DNA of 64,000 nucleotides from Macrostomum lignano. Lineage: Eukaryota. Numbering within the stretch: the stretch's first letter is position 1; each line of letters starts with the position of its first letter. The notes under the pieces are model-generated. The model saw only the letters and a list, made by a program, of their open reading frames with translations, was not told the DNA's origin and did no database searches. Positions 1 through 13,060 of the stretch are shown in pieces. Made by a program: the position numbers and the translations under genes. Where the stretch lies: positions 1 through 64,000 of the forward strand of contig NIVC01000358.1 of NCBI GenBank assembly GCA_002269645.1, given 5' to 3'.

Positions 1-879
1 TTGCACATGGGCAGGGTGTAGTCATATTATATTATATTATATTATTATTATATTATATAATTTAAAACAACAGCACGGTTCGAAATCTGAATTCCATCAG
101 ATAAACTAGTAATCGATACAAATACACAATTCACAATATAGCTATATTTATTTGTTTTATAACTTTCAGACAGATTTTGACAGTGTTTAAGATTGAGTTA
201 GCTAGCTATTATTAACGAGTAACTTGCCAGGATAAAGCTGACTAGTGATGCAAATTTAGAAAAAACACAGCTTAAGCAATTATGAAACTTAACATGAAAT
301 GCGGTTTGTTAATCTAGTAGGTATCCGTTTTAGCTATAATATTTTTACAGGTAGCAATTGGCAGATTTATCAACTAAATTGTTAACTAACTACTTATTGC
401 GCATATAATTATAAAGAGTAAGCTAGGCTAATTTTAAGGATTTCATATCAGAAAAAAATCCATTATAGATGGCTAGTTATGAATAATGTTTAAGACATTA
501 ATGATCTCTCATACAGCTGCTGACAAGCCACAATTGCACTAAAGAAATGACAAAATTCAGGAAATATGAATACGTACAACACAGCGCCATATAAGTCAAA
601 GTTTACTTAGCCACTTGCCTTAAAGCAACTCTTCCCCAAACACTAGCCGAATAATCCAAATAACTACTAATCCTTACCTTCCATTCAACCTGGATATGAT
701 GCCAATAATCCTTCAAGTTGCCTTAGGAAATTTTTTGCTTATCAGTCGACACACGCATTCACAGATCGAGGATTATTGTGTCAACTGCAGTTTTCCTTAA
801 CATTGAAGTTCCTCAAAAGTGATAAGCTATTTGCTTCATTGTTAGCTGCCTAACTAAAGTAGGGATGGTCTAAAATAGC

Positions 880-1575
880 TAGCAATGACCTATATTTCAG
901 GAGAATGATCTAGCAATGACCTATATTTCAGGAGAATGATCTACAATCTATGACCAATTTCACGAGGGACTATAATCATGACCAAGTTCCGAGGATGATC
1001 TATGACCAATAATTCACGAGGAGGATCTATAATCTATGACCAATAATTCACGAGGATGATCTATAATCTATGACCAATAATTCACGAGGATGATCTATAT
1101 CTATGACCAATAATTCATGAGGATGATCTATGACCAATAATTCACGAGAGGATCTATAATCTATGACCAATAATTCACGAGGATCTATAATCTATGACCA
1201 ATAATTCACGAGGAGGATCTATAATCATGACCAATAATTCACGAGGATTATCTATAATCCATGACAATAATTCACGAGGATGATCTATAATCTATGACCA
1301 ATAATTCACGAGGATTATTTATAATCTATGACCAATAATTCACGAGGATGATCTATAATCCATGACCAATAATTCACGAGGAGGATCTATAATCCATGAC
1401 CAATAATTCACGAGGAGGATCTATAATCTATGACCAATAATTCACGAGGAGGATCTATAATCTATGACCAATAATTCACGAGGAGGATCTATAATCTATG
1501 ACCTATAGTTTACGAGGAGGATCTATATCTATGACCAATAATTCACGAGGAGGATCTATAATCTATGACCAATAA
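880..1575. repeat. Minisatellite, ~33-bp unit (ATGACCAATAATTCACGAGGAGGATCTATAATCT), downstream of otopetrin
   Basis: About 20 imperfect tandem copies read directly from the sequence. Confidence 0.9.
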
Positions 1576-1859
1576 TTGAAGAGGAACTTGGTAACTACCA
1601 TTGTTTAATATTTTTTGCTTCGTTTTGACGTTGCTGCCTGAATTTTATCGACTTTAATCATAGAAAAATGTACTTTCATTTGTACTCTTTCTAACAAAAT
1701 TACAATATGCTCTGCGTCTAAATGAGAAAAAATTTCAATAGTTTTGGAAGTCTCGTGCTAAAAAACTCCGAAACCTCCCTCCTGTAATGCATTTCAAAGT
1801 AAATTTGGACACACATTCGCTAGATACTACTGACACCAACAAAGTAGTCCAGATCGCCG

Positions 1860-2736
1860 CTAGCTAGCCTTGAATTTGTAGATTTCTTTCCACAGGTCGG
1901 CAGCAATGCGACGCTGTGGCACCGATACAGGCAGTGCATCGGCAGGCCGATGCGTTCGATCACCGACAGACTCCCTCTGGACGGCTCTGCCGTGGCGAAT
2001 CCTAACAGTGCAATATTTGCCACTAGCAGGTAGGTCACGAGTTCGCGTCCCGGCTTCTCCCTGGCGTGCAGAGCTTTGTAGCAGCGACGCCGCCGGGCGG
2101 TGCACAGCAGGGCGAGCTGGGCCGCGGCCTGCACCGGCTGGGCCAGGCAGGTGAGCACTCGATGAGGCGGCGGCGCAGGCTCAGCATCCCCAGACGGAAC
2201 CAGGCCAGCCAGCCAATACAAGCAGCCGCCGCCGAAACCCAGCAGCTGGAGAGCTTCATCCAGCGGCCAGTCGAGCTGCTTAGAAGCTTCGTACAGCAGG
2301 TCGGCCAAGCGTGGAAAGGCCGCCAGAGTTGCCGCTAGGCTGGCTGCGAGCAGCGCCAGTTCGCTGCAGTGCGACACCAGACTGGCAGCCCGATGGAACC
2401 GAGGCTGCTGCCACAGAGCCGCCGAGGTCAACAGGGCGACAGCGGCGCAGACGAGCGAGGCCAGGCCGAGGCAGAGGCCTCGATGCGAGCCGTCGCACGT
2501 GTTCCGTCGTTGACGTCGATAAGTTGCAGCCGGCGACGTCGACAAGAGTCGATGAGGACTTTGCTGACTGTCCATCGCAGCGGATTCCGACGCCGCCGAC
2601 GCTGCAGCAGCCACTGCTTCATCATCATCGTCGTCGACATTCTCGTCATCGTCGTCTTCGAGATCTTCGCCGAGGATTTGTCGACGGCGCGGTGGCCAGA
2701 GTTGGCCGACATTTTGCCAGACGGCGCAGAGGATCG
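1860..2736 (-). CDS. OTOP: Otopetrin-like proton channel, last exon (8 of 8), with a 1-nt frameshift near 1900
   Basis: Acceptor cccacag|CG ATC. Translation AILCAVWQNVGQ...CDGSHRGLCLG...KPGRELVTYLLVANI...PMHCLYRCHSVALL matches otopetrin C-terminal motifs (KPGRE.VTFLL..N, P...YRFHS). Adding one G restores ...LLADLWKEIYKFKAS* with the stop at 1860-1862. Confidence 0.85.
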
Positions 2737-2861
2737 CTGTGGGTGATGAGTTTGGGGGGTCTCTCTTAACATCACTGAACGATTTGTAGGGGCAAATTCG
2801 ATTGCGGAGCTGCTTGAAGAGGATTTAGTCTACTGGGTGGAGGACCGAGGGTCCAAGATTT

Positions 2862-3590
2862 GGAGGTGAAGTCAGTGCTTCATGGCCTGAGGATTTGGAG
2901 GTGAAGTCAGCGCTTCATGGCCTGAGGATTTGGAGGTGAAGTCAGTGCTTCATGGCCTGAGGATTTGGAGGTGAAGTCAGTGCTTCTTGGCCTGAGGATT
3001 TGGAGGTGAAGTCAGTGCTTCTTGGCCTGAGGATTTGGAGGTGAAGTCAGTGTTTCATGGGCCTAAAGATTTGGAGGTGAAGTCGGTGCTGTATGGGCCT
3101 GAAGATTCGGAGGTGAAGTCAGCGCTTCATGGCCTGAAGATTCGGAGGTGAAGTCAGCGCTTCATGGCCTGAAGATTCGGAGGTGAAGTCAGTGCTTCAT
3201 GGCCTGAGGATTTGGAGGTGAAGTCAGTGCTTCTTGGCCTGAGGATTTGGAGGTGAAGTCAGTGCTTCTTGGCCTGAAGATTTGGAGGTGAAGTCAGTGT
3301 TTCATGGGCCTAAAGATTTGGAGGTGAAGTCGGTGCTGTATGGGCCTGAAGATTCGGAGGTGAAGTCAGCGCTTCATGGCCTGAAGATTCGGAGGTGAAG
3401 TCAGTGCTTCATGGCCTGAGGATTTGGAGGTGAAGTCAGTGCTTCATGGCCTGAGGATTTGGAGGTGAAGTCAGTGCTTCATGGCCTGAAGATTCGGAGG
3501 TGAAGTCAGCACTTCATGGCCTGAAGATTCGGAGGTGAAGTCAGTGCTTGTTGGCCTGAGGATTTGGAGGTGAAGTCAGCGCTCATAGGT
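2862..3590. repeat. Minisatellite, ~35-bp unit (GATTTGGAGGTGAAGTCAGTGCTTCATGGCCTGAG), fills otopetrin intron 7
   Basis: About 20 tandem copies. Confidence 0.95.
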
Positions 3591-3614
3591 CTGAATTTTA
3601 CACTACGAACTCAC

Positions 3615-3921
3615 CAGCAGACAGAGCGCAGTACTGCACAGTGACAGGAAACAGGTACGGATCGCTCTTCCAAATCATGTCCCTGATGAAACTGTCTGTA
3701 TCCGTGGCACACGACGAATTTCTATCGTATGCCGGAGGTGTCTCAGTTGACAGGTGTCTATCAATGGTTGCTATGCTGTGATTCCTATCCAGCAAAGAAC
3801 TTTGAGCACTGGTGCGAAGACTCGAGTCGAGTAGTACTGTTCTCAACCAGACGCAGGTATTGGTGGCGACCAGATGTGCTAGGAAAAATCTAGCCACTAC
3901 CTGATACTTGTTGATACACAT
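3615..3921 (-). CDS. OTOP: Otopetrin-like exon 7
   Basis: ccgcag|ATG TGT ATC AAC ... GCT G|gtgagt. MCINKYQVVARFFLAHLVATNTCVWLRT...DPYLFPVTVQYCALSA matches otopetrin RF.LMH..ATN.CVW and P.LFP...EYSL motifs. Phases fit both neighbouring exons. Confidence 0.88.
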
Positions 3922-3939
3922 CTGCGGGTATGCAAGGTT

Positions 3940-4560
3940 ATCATGTAATCTCACCCCTAATTATCGATGGGATCATGTAATCTCACCCCTTATTATCGAT
4001 GAGATCGTGGAATCTCACCCCTTATTATCGATGGAATCATGGAATCTCACCCCTTATTATCGATGAGATCGTGGAATCTCACCCCTTATTATCGATGGGA
4101 TCATGGAATCTCACCCCTTATTATCGATGGGATCATGGAATCTCACCCCTTATTATCGATGGGATTATGGAATCTCACCCCTTATTATCGATGGGATCAT
4201 GGAATCTCACCCCTTATTATCGATGAGATCGTGGAATCTCACCCCTAAGTATCGATTGAATCATGAAATCTCACCCCTTATTATCGATGGGATCGTGGAA
4301 TCTCACCCCTTACTATCGATAGGATCATAGAATCTCACCCTTATTATCGATGGAATCATGGAATCTCACCCCTTATTATGTATAGGGTAATGAATGTAGT
4401 CTCACCTCTTATTATGTATGGGACCATAGAATCTCACTCCTAAATATGTATGGGATCATGGAATCTCACCTCTTATTATTTATGGATCATGTAATTTCAC
4501 CCCTAATTATCGATGGGATCATGGAATACACCCCTAATTATCGATGGGATCATGAGATCT
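3940..4560. repeat. Minisatellite, 32-bp unit (ATGGAATCTCACCCCTTATTATCGATGGGATC), abutting the exon-7 acceptor
   Basis: About 19 copies, degenerate at the right end. Confidence 0.95.
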
Positions 4561-5559
4561 CATCCCTTAATTATTTACGATGAGATCTAGAAAAAAAATA
4601 ATTTAATAACGAAGCTATCAATATTTTGGTTACAAATAATATATGAAAATTTTCACCAGCGCTACTTACAGTAGCACTAACAGAAGTATTCAAATTACTG
4701 CTATCTTAAGTTTTAAACAAAAACATTTTGCAGAGTGCAAACTAAACGCGGCCCAAGTCTAGAAGTAATTCTCGATCCACTTTGAAATTTTTTGTAACTT
4801 TCGCTTTTTCAATCGAAGTCGCGGTCTCGAGTTTCGCTTGGCAGTCTTTCTCGTTGGAAACACGCTGGAATTTTCACAAAAAGAAGTCGTCCGGGACACT
4901 TCGCTTCTGCGGTGGACGGGCTCGGTCGGTAAAGCTAGGAGGCTTCGCGGAGCCTAATTAAAGCGGTCACCAAAAGACCGAAGAGCACTCACTAAGGAAG
5001 AGTGTGGGATGGGAAGAGAAGAGGAGAATCGGTCAGAGTGGGACGGGAGGCTGACTCAAAGAGAGAGCAAATTGTTAGAAAATAGACTAAGCCAGCTGGG
5101 ATGCTCGAGGGCTATTCTAAACTAGATCCGCCTCCACCACACAGCCATCATCCTCTAACTTTCACCTGGAGCTCTAATCCCCTGTGGGCTTTAATCTCTC
5201 CTCCCCCCACTAAGGATGAAAGGATGTGAACTGAATATGTTGTCCACTATTCTTTATTAAAAAAGGTCTTTCACAACTGCTATAGTTAGCTAATGCCCTG
5301 TAAAGTCTCTAAGTCTATTATTTGTAGCACAATGCTACCCCATCCTTGCTTGCTTTGTGACTTGCTTTCTAATTTCACCTTTTTTACGTTGAACAGCTAC
5401 TGAGTTCTTTTAAACTCTTCATAAGTTTATTAAACTGAAGACTACGGCTTTTACCTGTATTAAATTTTCCAGCCAAGTTTATCGGGTAAAATATTGACAA
5501 ACTTTGAGAGCCTGTTGCCTTTTGAAGAAGCAAGCTATTTCAAAAATGACTAAGACCTT

Positions 5560-6660
5560 CTATGGCACGTTCTTAAGACACCTCATGGCCCGTCCTTAAG
5601 ACTTTCTATGGCACGTTCTTAAGACACCTCATGGCCCGTCCTTAAGACTTTGTATGGCACGTTCTTAAGACACCTCATGGCCCGTCCTTAAGACTTTCTA
5701 TGGCACGTTCTTAAGACACCTCATGGCCCGTCCTTAAGACTTTCTATGGCACGTTCTTAAGACACCTCATGGCCCGTCCTTAAGACTTTGTATGGCACGT
5801 TCTTAAGACACCTCATGGCCCGTCCTTAAGACTTTCTATGGCACGTTCTTAAGACACCTCATGGCCCGTCCTTAAGACTTTCTATGGCACGTTCTTAAGA
5901 CACCTCATGGCCCGTCCTTAAGACTTTGTATGGCACGTTCTTAAGACACCTCATGGCCCGTCCTTAAGACTTTCTATGGCACGTTCTTAAGACACCTCAT
6001 GGCCCGTCCTTAAGACTTTCTATGGCACGTTCTTAAGACACCTCATGGCCCGTCCTTAAGACTTTGTATGGCACGTTCTTAAGACACCTCATGGCCCGTC
6101 CTTAAGACTTTCTATGGCACGTTCTTAAGACACCTCATGGCCCGTCCTTAAGACTTTCTATGGCACGTTCTTAAGACACCTCATGGCCCGTTCTTGACAC
6201 CCCATAGCACGTCTTTAAGACACCCCATGGCACGACCTCAAGACACCCCATGGCAGTCATTAAGACAACCCATGGCAAGTGCTTAAGTGCTTAAGGCATC
6301 CCATGGCACGTTCATAAGACACTCTAAGGCACGATCTTAAAAGAGCCCATGGCACGTTCATAAGACACTCTAAAGCAGGATCTTAAGAGACCCCATCGCA
6401 CGAACTTAAGACACCCCATGGCGCGTTATTAAGACATCCCATGGCAAGTCCTTAAGACACCCTAAGGCACGTCGTTAAGTCACCCCATGGCAAGTCCTTA
6501 AGACACCCTAAGGCACGTCGTTAAGACATCCCATGGCACGTTCTTAAGACACTCCATGGCAGTCCTCAAGACAGCCCATGGCACGACCTTAAGGCACCCC
6601 ATAACACGTACTTAAGACAACCTACGGCACGTCCTTAAAACACCTTCTATGGTACACCTA
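5560..6660. repeat. Minisatellite with a 46-bp dimeric unit (CTATGGCACGTTCTTAAGACACCTCATGGCCCGTCCTTAAGACTTT) grading into diverged ~23-bp monomers
   Basis: Near-perfect copies 5560-6190, diverged copies 6190-6660. Confidence 0.95.
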
Positions 6661-6793
6661 AATGACATGATTGTCTAACACTAACTTGCATTTTCCCTAG
6701 GAACAGTGAAGGCATTACAAACAAGCTCAAGAAGCGATCGATTCATCAAGCTCTCTAGGCTCTAAGTGTCGTCATCCCATCAATTGAACTCAC

Positions 6794-6960
6794 CTTCGCA
6801 TTCATAAAGAAGAGAAAATTCAACTGAACAAAGGTGAACAGGATGCTAAGAGCGCCGCGTATTGGCACAATGGGATGCGAGCAGTTGGTCAGCTGGGATC
6901 CGTGCTGCAGACTCGCGGCCAGGGCTATCCCGTCTCGAATCATTGAGGCGATGCCAAACA
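6794..6960 (-). CDS. OTOP: Otopetrin-like exon 6
   Basis: ttgcag|TG TTT GGC ... GCG AAG|gtgagt. FGIASMIRDG...ILFTFVQLNFLFFMNAK matches otopetrin FGIGSMI and FTF.Q..F.F.N motifs. Confidence 0.88.
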
Positions 6961-7184
6961 CTGCAAAGTGTAAAGTTCAATGCTGGATGTAAGGCAGTGT
7001 ACCTTTTAGCGGTCAGGTGGAGAATATAAGGGAACTGATAGTATGTGAATCTTGAACAGACGTTATCAACTGTCACTCTTTTGTCATGGCCAGATGGCAA
7101 CTTTGTGGTTACTTGTACCATAATTTACGGCTCGTGGAGGCTATTAGCTCGTAAAAATGGTTTTTCCGTGATAGCTATTATCGT

Positions 7185-7690
7185 GTGACTATTGTGTGAC
7201 TATCGTGTGACTATCGAGTGACTATCGTGTGACTATCGAGTGAATATCATGTAACTATCATGTGACTATCGTGTGACTACCGTGTGACTATCGTGTGATT
7301 ATCGTGTGACTATCGAGTGACTATCGTGTGACTACCGTGTGACTATCGTGTGAATATCGTGTAACTATCATGTGACTATCGTGTGACTATCGTGTGACTA
7401 TCGTGTGATTATCGTGTGACTATCGTGTGGCTATCGTGTGAATATCATGTAACTATCATGTGACTATCGTGTGACTACCGTGTGACTATCGAGTGACCAT
7501 CGTGTGACTATCGAGTGACTATCGTGTGACTACCGTGTGACTATCGTGTGAATATCGTGTAACTATCATGTGACTATCGTGTGACTATCGTGTGACTATC
7601 GTGTGATTATCGTGTGACTATCTTGTGACTACCGGTATAGTGTGATTATTATGTGATTATAGTGTGGCTATCGTGTGATAATCGTGTGAT
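7185..7690. repeat. 11-bp unit minisatellite (TATCGTGTGAC)
   Basis: More than 40 imperfect copies. Confidence 0.95.
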
Positions 7691-8644
7691 TCTCACTTCT
7701 CATTGACAAGTACTCAATTGTGAGGTGTAATGAGATGTATTACAACAGTGAATTCAGCTTAGAATATAGGCAGGTTTGGAGCGTCAATGATATATTCCAA
7801 TGATATCTATACATGTATCGGTATAAAGCATACTGTACTATTCCTGTGCATGTTTGACTCATCTGCCTCGAGCCTCGAGAGAGATCAGACGCGTCACATT
7901 GGTCATTGCAGAGAATTCTAGCCTACAGAAGGGTGCCATAAAACTGATACTAAAAAAACTTGCCCAGCAGGAGTCCAACTGCAATTCCTTCTCTTACTTC
8001 AGACAAAAATAATCAATGGTCGTAAAAATTAGGACTTTACTTGACTATTTTCAACACAACAATGTGTACGGGGATGACTAAGCCTAGGTAACTAATATTA
8101 GTTCACGTGAATTAAAAGTCAGGCATCAATTTTTCCCTATGTAGAACACCCGTAGAGGTGTTAGAACTAGCTAAACCACTGTGATATGGTACACTTTCAT
8201 TTTTTGCTCCCAGAGTGATTCCAACCGCGGGGGATCTGTTGTAGAGGCTCACGGTTGTAAAACTCAAAGTCTGCAGATAAAAAATGCTTGTGACTCACTC
8301 TGCACTGGACTGTCAGGAAGAGCAGTATAGGTTTATATCCGAGTTAGCTGTGCCTGTGTTGTGGGCAGACGACTCCATGGTCACTGCGCCTGGTCAGTGC
8401 TGGCATGCTCCCACCCCGCCCTGTGTCTAAACACAAATGTCCGATGCAGCACAGCTTAATCCTGTTGCGCAACTGCCTCTATACCTTCAACTCAACTTGG
8501 ACAGGAAGCTGGTGTGAAAGTGTGATGAAGCTGATGACACACTTCGAGTTGTTGCTGTCAGATTGTGCAACAAGTCGAGAGATTACACATTATTATTGTT
8601 TACATCATGTTGGCACTTTCTGCTTATACTGAAACAACCACTCT

Positions 8645-9290
8645 TCACTTGCCACTCTCTGTGATACCCAATGAATCTTCATTGTGTCACACACACTCTG
8701 TGATACCTAATGACTCTTCACTGTGTCACACACTCTCTGCGATACCCAATGACTCTCCACTGTGTCACTCTCTGCGATACCCAATGAATCTTCATTGTGT
8801 CACACACACTCTGTGATACCCAATGACTCTTCACTGTGTCACACACTCTCTGCGATACCCAATGACTCTCCACTGTGTCACTCTCTGCGATACCCAATGA
8901 ATCTTCATTGTGTCACACACACTCTGTGATACCCAATGACTCTTCACTGTGTCACACACTCTCTGCGATACCCAATGACTCTCCACTGTGTCACTCTCTG
9001 CGATACCCAATGAATCTTCATTGTGTCACACTCTCTGCGATACCCAATGACTCTCCACTGTGTCACTCTCTGCGATACCCAATGAATCTTCATTGTGTCA
9101 CACTCTCTGCGATACCCAATGACTCTCCACTGTGTCACTCTCTGCGATGCCCAATGAATCTTCATTGTGTCACACTCTCTGCGATACCCAATGACTCTCC
9201 ACTGTGTCACTCTCTGCGATACCCAATGAATCTTCATTGTGTCACACTCTCTGCGATACTCAATGACTCTTCACTGTCACACTCCGTGAA
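8645..9290. repeat. Minisatellite, 35/37-bp units forming a 72-bp dimer
   Basis: TCTCTGCGATACCCAATGACTCTCCACTGTGTCAC alternates with a 37-bp variant; this gives the 24-aa periodic spurious ORFs. Confidence 0.95.
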
Positions 9291-9744
9291 ATTTGTGTAA
9301 AAATGTTTATTGACAATCGAGAAAAAATATACGATTCCATCACGAAAATTGATAGTGACAGCAACATCAGCAAATAATCTTCCAAAAGCCCAGAAAATTC
9401 AGCATTGCAAAGGCCGATAGAGAGGAGCCACAGTCGCTATGGATTACGTCATCAATGATTGGCTTTAGCAAAATTAATGGTTAAACACCTGATATATAAG
9501 GCCTATATGTATGATTATTAACCTTATTATTGTTGTTGGCAGTGCGTGTGATGCAATAATGATTGAGTATTAAGTATAGAGATCAAGGGAGGATTTAAAG
9601 GGGGGATGGGTGACTCATACTGAAGCAAATTCCGCAATTCTAGTTAAACAAAACCGAAAATTCTCAGGATGTAATCTTTAAGCTTTTGCGCTAAAAGCGT
9701 TGAGGTAAGGCATACATGACTCATTGCTTGCCTTCACTTCACCC

Positions 9745-12175
9745 GTGTCACTCTCCATTTCTTCAGTCACTCCTCTGACCAATCCACCTCATTGTCACTC
9801 TCCTTCATTCTTCAGTCACTCTACTGGCCAATCCACCTCATTGTCACTCTCCGTCATTCTTTAGTCACTCTACCGGCCAATCTACCTCATTGTCACTCTG
9901 CTTCATTTCTTCAGTTACTCTACTGGCCAATCCACCTTATTGTCACTCCTTCATTCTTCAGTCACTCTACTGGCCAATCCACCTCATTGTCACTCTCCAT
10001 TTCTTCAGTCACTCCTCTGACCAATCCACCTCATTGTCACTCTCCTTCATTCTTCAGTCACTCTACTGGCCAATCCACCTTATTGTCACTCTCCTTCATT
10101 CTTCAGTCACTCTACCGGCCAAGCCACCTCATTGTCACTCTGCTTCATTTCTTCAGTTACTCTACTGGCCAATCCACCTTATTGTCACTCCTTCATTCTT
10201 CAGTCACTCTACTGGCCAAGCCACCTCATTGTCACTCTCCTTCATTCTTCAGTCACTCTACTGGCCAAGCCACCTCATTGTCACTTTCCTTCATTCTTCA
10301 GTCACTCTACTGGCCAATCCACCTCATTGTCACTCTCCTTCATTCTTCAGTCACTCTACTGGCCAAGCCACCTCATTGTCACTCTGCTTCATTTCTTCAG
10401 TCACTCTACTGGCCAATCCACCTTATTGTCACTCCTTCATTCTTCAGTCACTCTACTGGCCAAGCCACCTCATTGTCACTCTCCTTCATTCTTCAGTCAC
10501 TCTACTGGCCAAGCCACCTCATTGTCACTCTCCTTCATTCTTCAGTCACTCTACTGGCCAAGCCACCTCATTGTCACTCTCCTTCATTCTTCAGTCACTC
10601 TACTGGCCAAGCCACCTCATTGTCACTCTCCTTCATTCTTCAGTCACTCTACTGGCCAATCCACCTCATTGTCACTCTCCTTCATTCTTCAGTCACTCTA
10701 CTGGCCAATCCACCTCATTGTCACTCTCCTTCATTCTTCAGTCACTCTACTGGCCAATCCACCTCATTGTCACTTTCCTTCATTCTTCAGTCACTCTACT
10801 GGCCAATCCACCTCATTGTCACTCTCCATTTCTTCAGTCACTCCTCTGACCAATCCACCTCATTGTCACTCTCCTTCATTCTTCAGTCACTCTACTGGCC
10901 AATCCACCTTATTGTCACTCTCCTTCATTCTTCAGTCACTCTACCGGCCAAGCCACCTCATTGTCACTCTGCTTCATTTCTTCAGTTACTCTACTGGCCA
11001 ATCCACCTCATTGTCACTCCTTCATTCTTCAGTCACTCTACTGGCCAATCCACCTTATTGTCACTCCTTCATTCTTCAGTCACTCTACTGGCCAATCCAC
11101 CTCATTGTCACTCTCCTTCATTCTTCAGTCACTCTACTGGCCAAGCCACCTCATTGTCACTTTCCTTCATTCTTCAGTCACTCTACTGGCCAAGCCACCT
11201 CATTGTCACTCTCCTTCATTCTTCAGTCACTCTACTGGCCAAGCCACCTCATTGTCACTCTGCTTCATTTCTTCCGTCACTCTACTGGCCAATCCACCTT
11301 ATTGTCACTCCTTCATTCTTCAGTCACTCTACTGGCCAAGCCACCTCATTGTCACTCTCCTTCATTCTTCAGTCACTCTACTGGCCAAGCCACCTCATTG
11401 TCACTCTCCTTCATTCTTCAGTCACTCTACTGGCCAATCCACCTCATTGTCACTCTCCTTCATTCTTCAGTCACTCTACTGGCCAAGCCACCTCATTGTC
11501 ACTCTCCTTCATTCTTCAGTCACTCTACTGGCCAAGCCACCTCATTGTCACTCTCCTTCATTCTTCAGTCACTCTACTGGCCAATCCACCTCATTGTCAC
11601 TCTCCTTCATTCTTCAGTCACTCTACTGGCCAATCCACCTCATTGTCACTCTCCTTCATTCTTCAGTCACTCTACTGGCCAATCCACCTCATTGTCACTT
11701 TCCTTCATTCTTCAGTCACTCTACTGGCCAAGCCACCTCATTGTCACTCTCCTTCATTCTTCAGTCACTCTACTGGCCAAGCCACCTCATTGTCACTCTG
11801 CTTCATTTCTTCAGTCACTCTACTGGCCAATCCACCTTATTGTCACTCTCCTTCATTCTTCAGTCACTCTACTGGCCAATCCACCTTATTGTCACTCTCC
11901 TTCATTCTTCAGTCACTCTACCGGCCAATCTACCTCATTGTCACTCTGCTTCATTTCTTCAGTCACTCTACTGGCCAATCCACCTCATTGTCACTCTCCT
12001 TCGTTTCTTCAGTCACTTCACCGACAAATCTACCTCATTGTCACTCTCCTTCATTTCTTCAGTCACTCTACTGGCCAAGCCACCTCATTGTCACTCTGCT
12101 TCATTTCTTCAGTCACTCTACTGGCCAAGCCACCTCATTGTCACTCTGCTTCATTTCTTCAGTCACTTCATCCCC
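9745..12175. repeat. Large minisatellite, 49-bp unit (CATTGTCACTCTCCTTCATTCTTCAGTCACTCTACTGGCCAATCCACCT), ~2.4 kb
   Basis: About 50 copies. The lack of stops on + produces the 812/696/408-aa non-genic ORFs. Confidence 0.97.
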
Positions 12176-12770
12176 AAGTATTTTTAAAAAATTCACTTTT
12201 TTTCATCCCTTTTCACAGGTAAAAAGCTAAAAACCATAATTAACACAGAATTTCTTGTAGCCAGAGCTCGCTAGAGTTCATCGTGCCAAAATACTGGTCC
12301 GTAGCAAGAAGCACGGAAGCCACATAGTGCTGCAAGACTTTGTCAGCCATAAATTATGCATTAATTGGTAGTTTTGATGGCTGCGCTAGAGAAAGAAAAA
12401 GAGGCCAGCTCTGAGGCTCTCTACGTGTGGGACACGCGACACCAATTGTGCAATGCTGGGTAAGTTGGGGAGATGAGATGAAATAAAACATTCGTAGCTG
12501 ACAAACAAGTGACTAGTTGGCATTTAAGACTGGATAATAGACGAAATTTGAGAATAATGCGTAGACTAGAGACTCATGGTTAGATTAGACCTATTGAGAA
12601 AGTACAGATTAATGATTAGATTAGATTAGAGACTAACGATTAGATTAGATTAGAGACTAATGAATATATTTGATTAGATACTAATGGATAGATTAGATTA
12701 GAGACACATCCTGCATGACCATTAGAGACCCGAGTGTCAAACCAACCAGAGCTCGATACTAAGATCATAC

Positions 12771-12972
12771 CGATGGCACCAAGCCGCAGGTAGAGGCCAC
12801 CCTTGGCGGCGCTCCGCCTGAGCAGTCGAACTCCCGGATTTCTCCTTGCCGTCCATCGACGATCAAGTCTCGACGATGTCGCGGCCGCTGTGTCGGCGCC
12901 CTCCCGCAGCAGCAGAGCGTAAACGCAGGCCATAAACCCGATGGCCGTCACGAACAGGTAGATGTAGAATGC
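12771..12972 (-). CDS. OTOP: Otopetrin-like exon 5
   Basis: ctttgcag|GCA TTC TAC ... GCC ATC G|gtatga. AFYIYLFVTAIGFMACVY...GGLYLRLGAI(V) matches otopetrin FYLYLY and GSFYLR.GA motifs. Confidence 0.88.
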
Positions 12973-13060
12973 CTGCAAAGGGGATTGCATTTATGGTTTG
13001 AAAGTTGATGAAGGGAGTGGTTGTTGTTTTTTACCGTTAAATTAGAATTCCCCACACAGC

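Noticed and set aside
8405-8632. 75-aa Cys/His-containing plus-strand ORF
   Set aside because: No recognisable domain, no compatible splice partners, and it runs into a minisatellite.
9792-12230. 812-, 696-, 408- and 319-aa plus-strand ORFs
   Set aside because: All three frames are open only because the 49-bp unit lacks stops; the same periodic peptide cycles through frames; the region is intronic to otopetrin.
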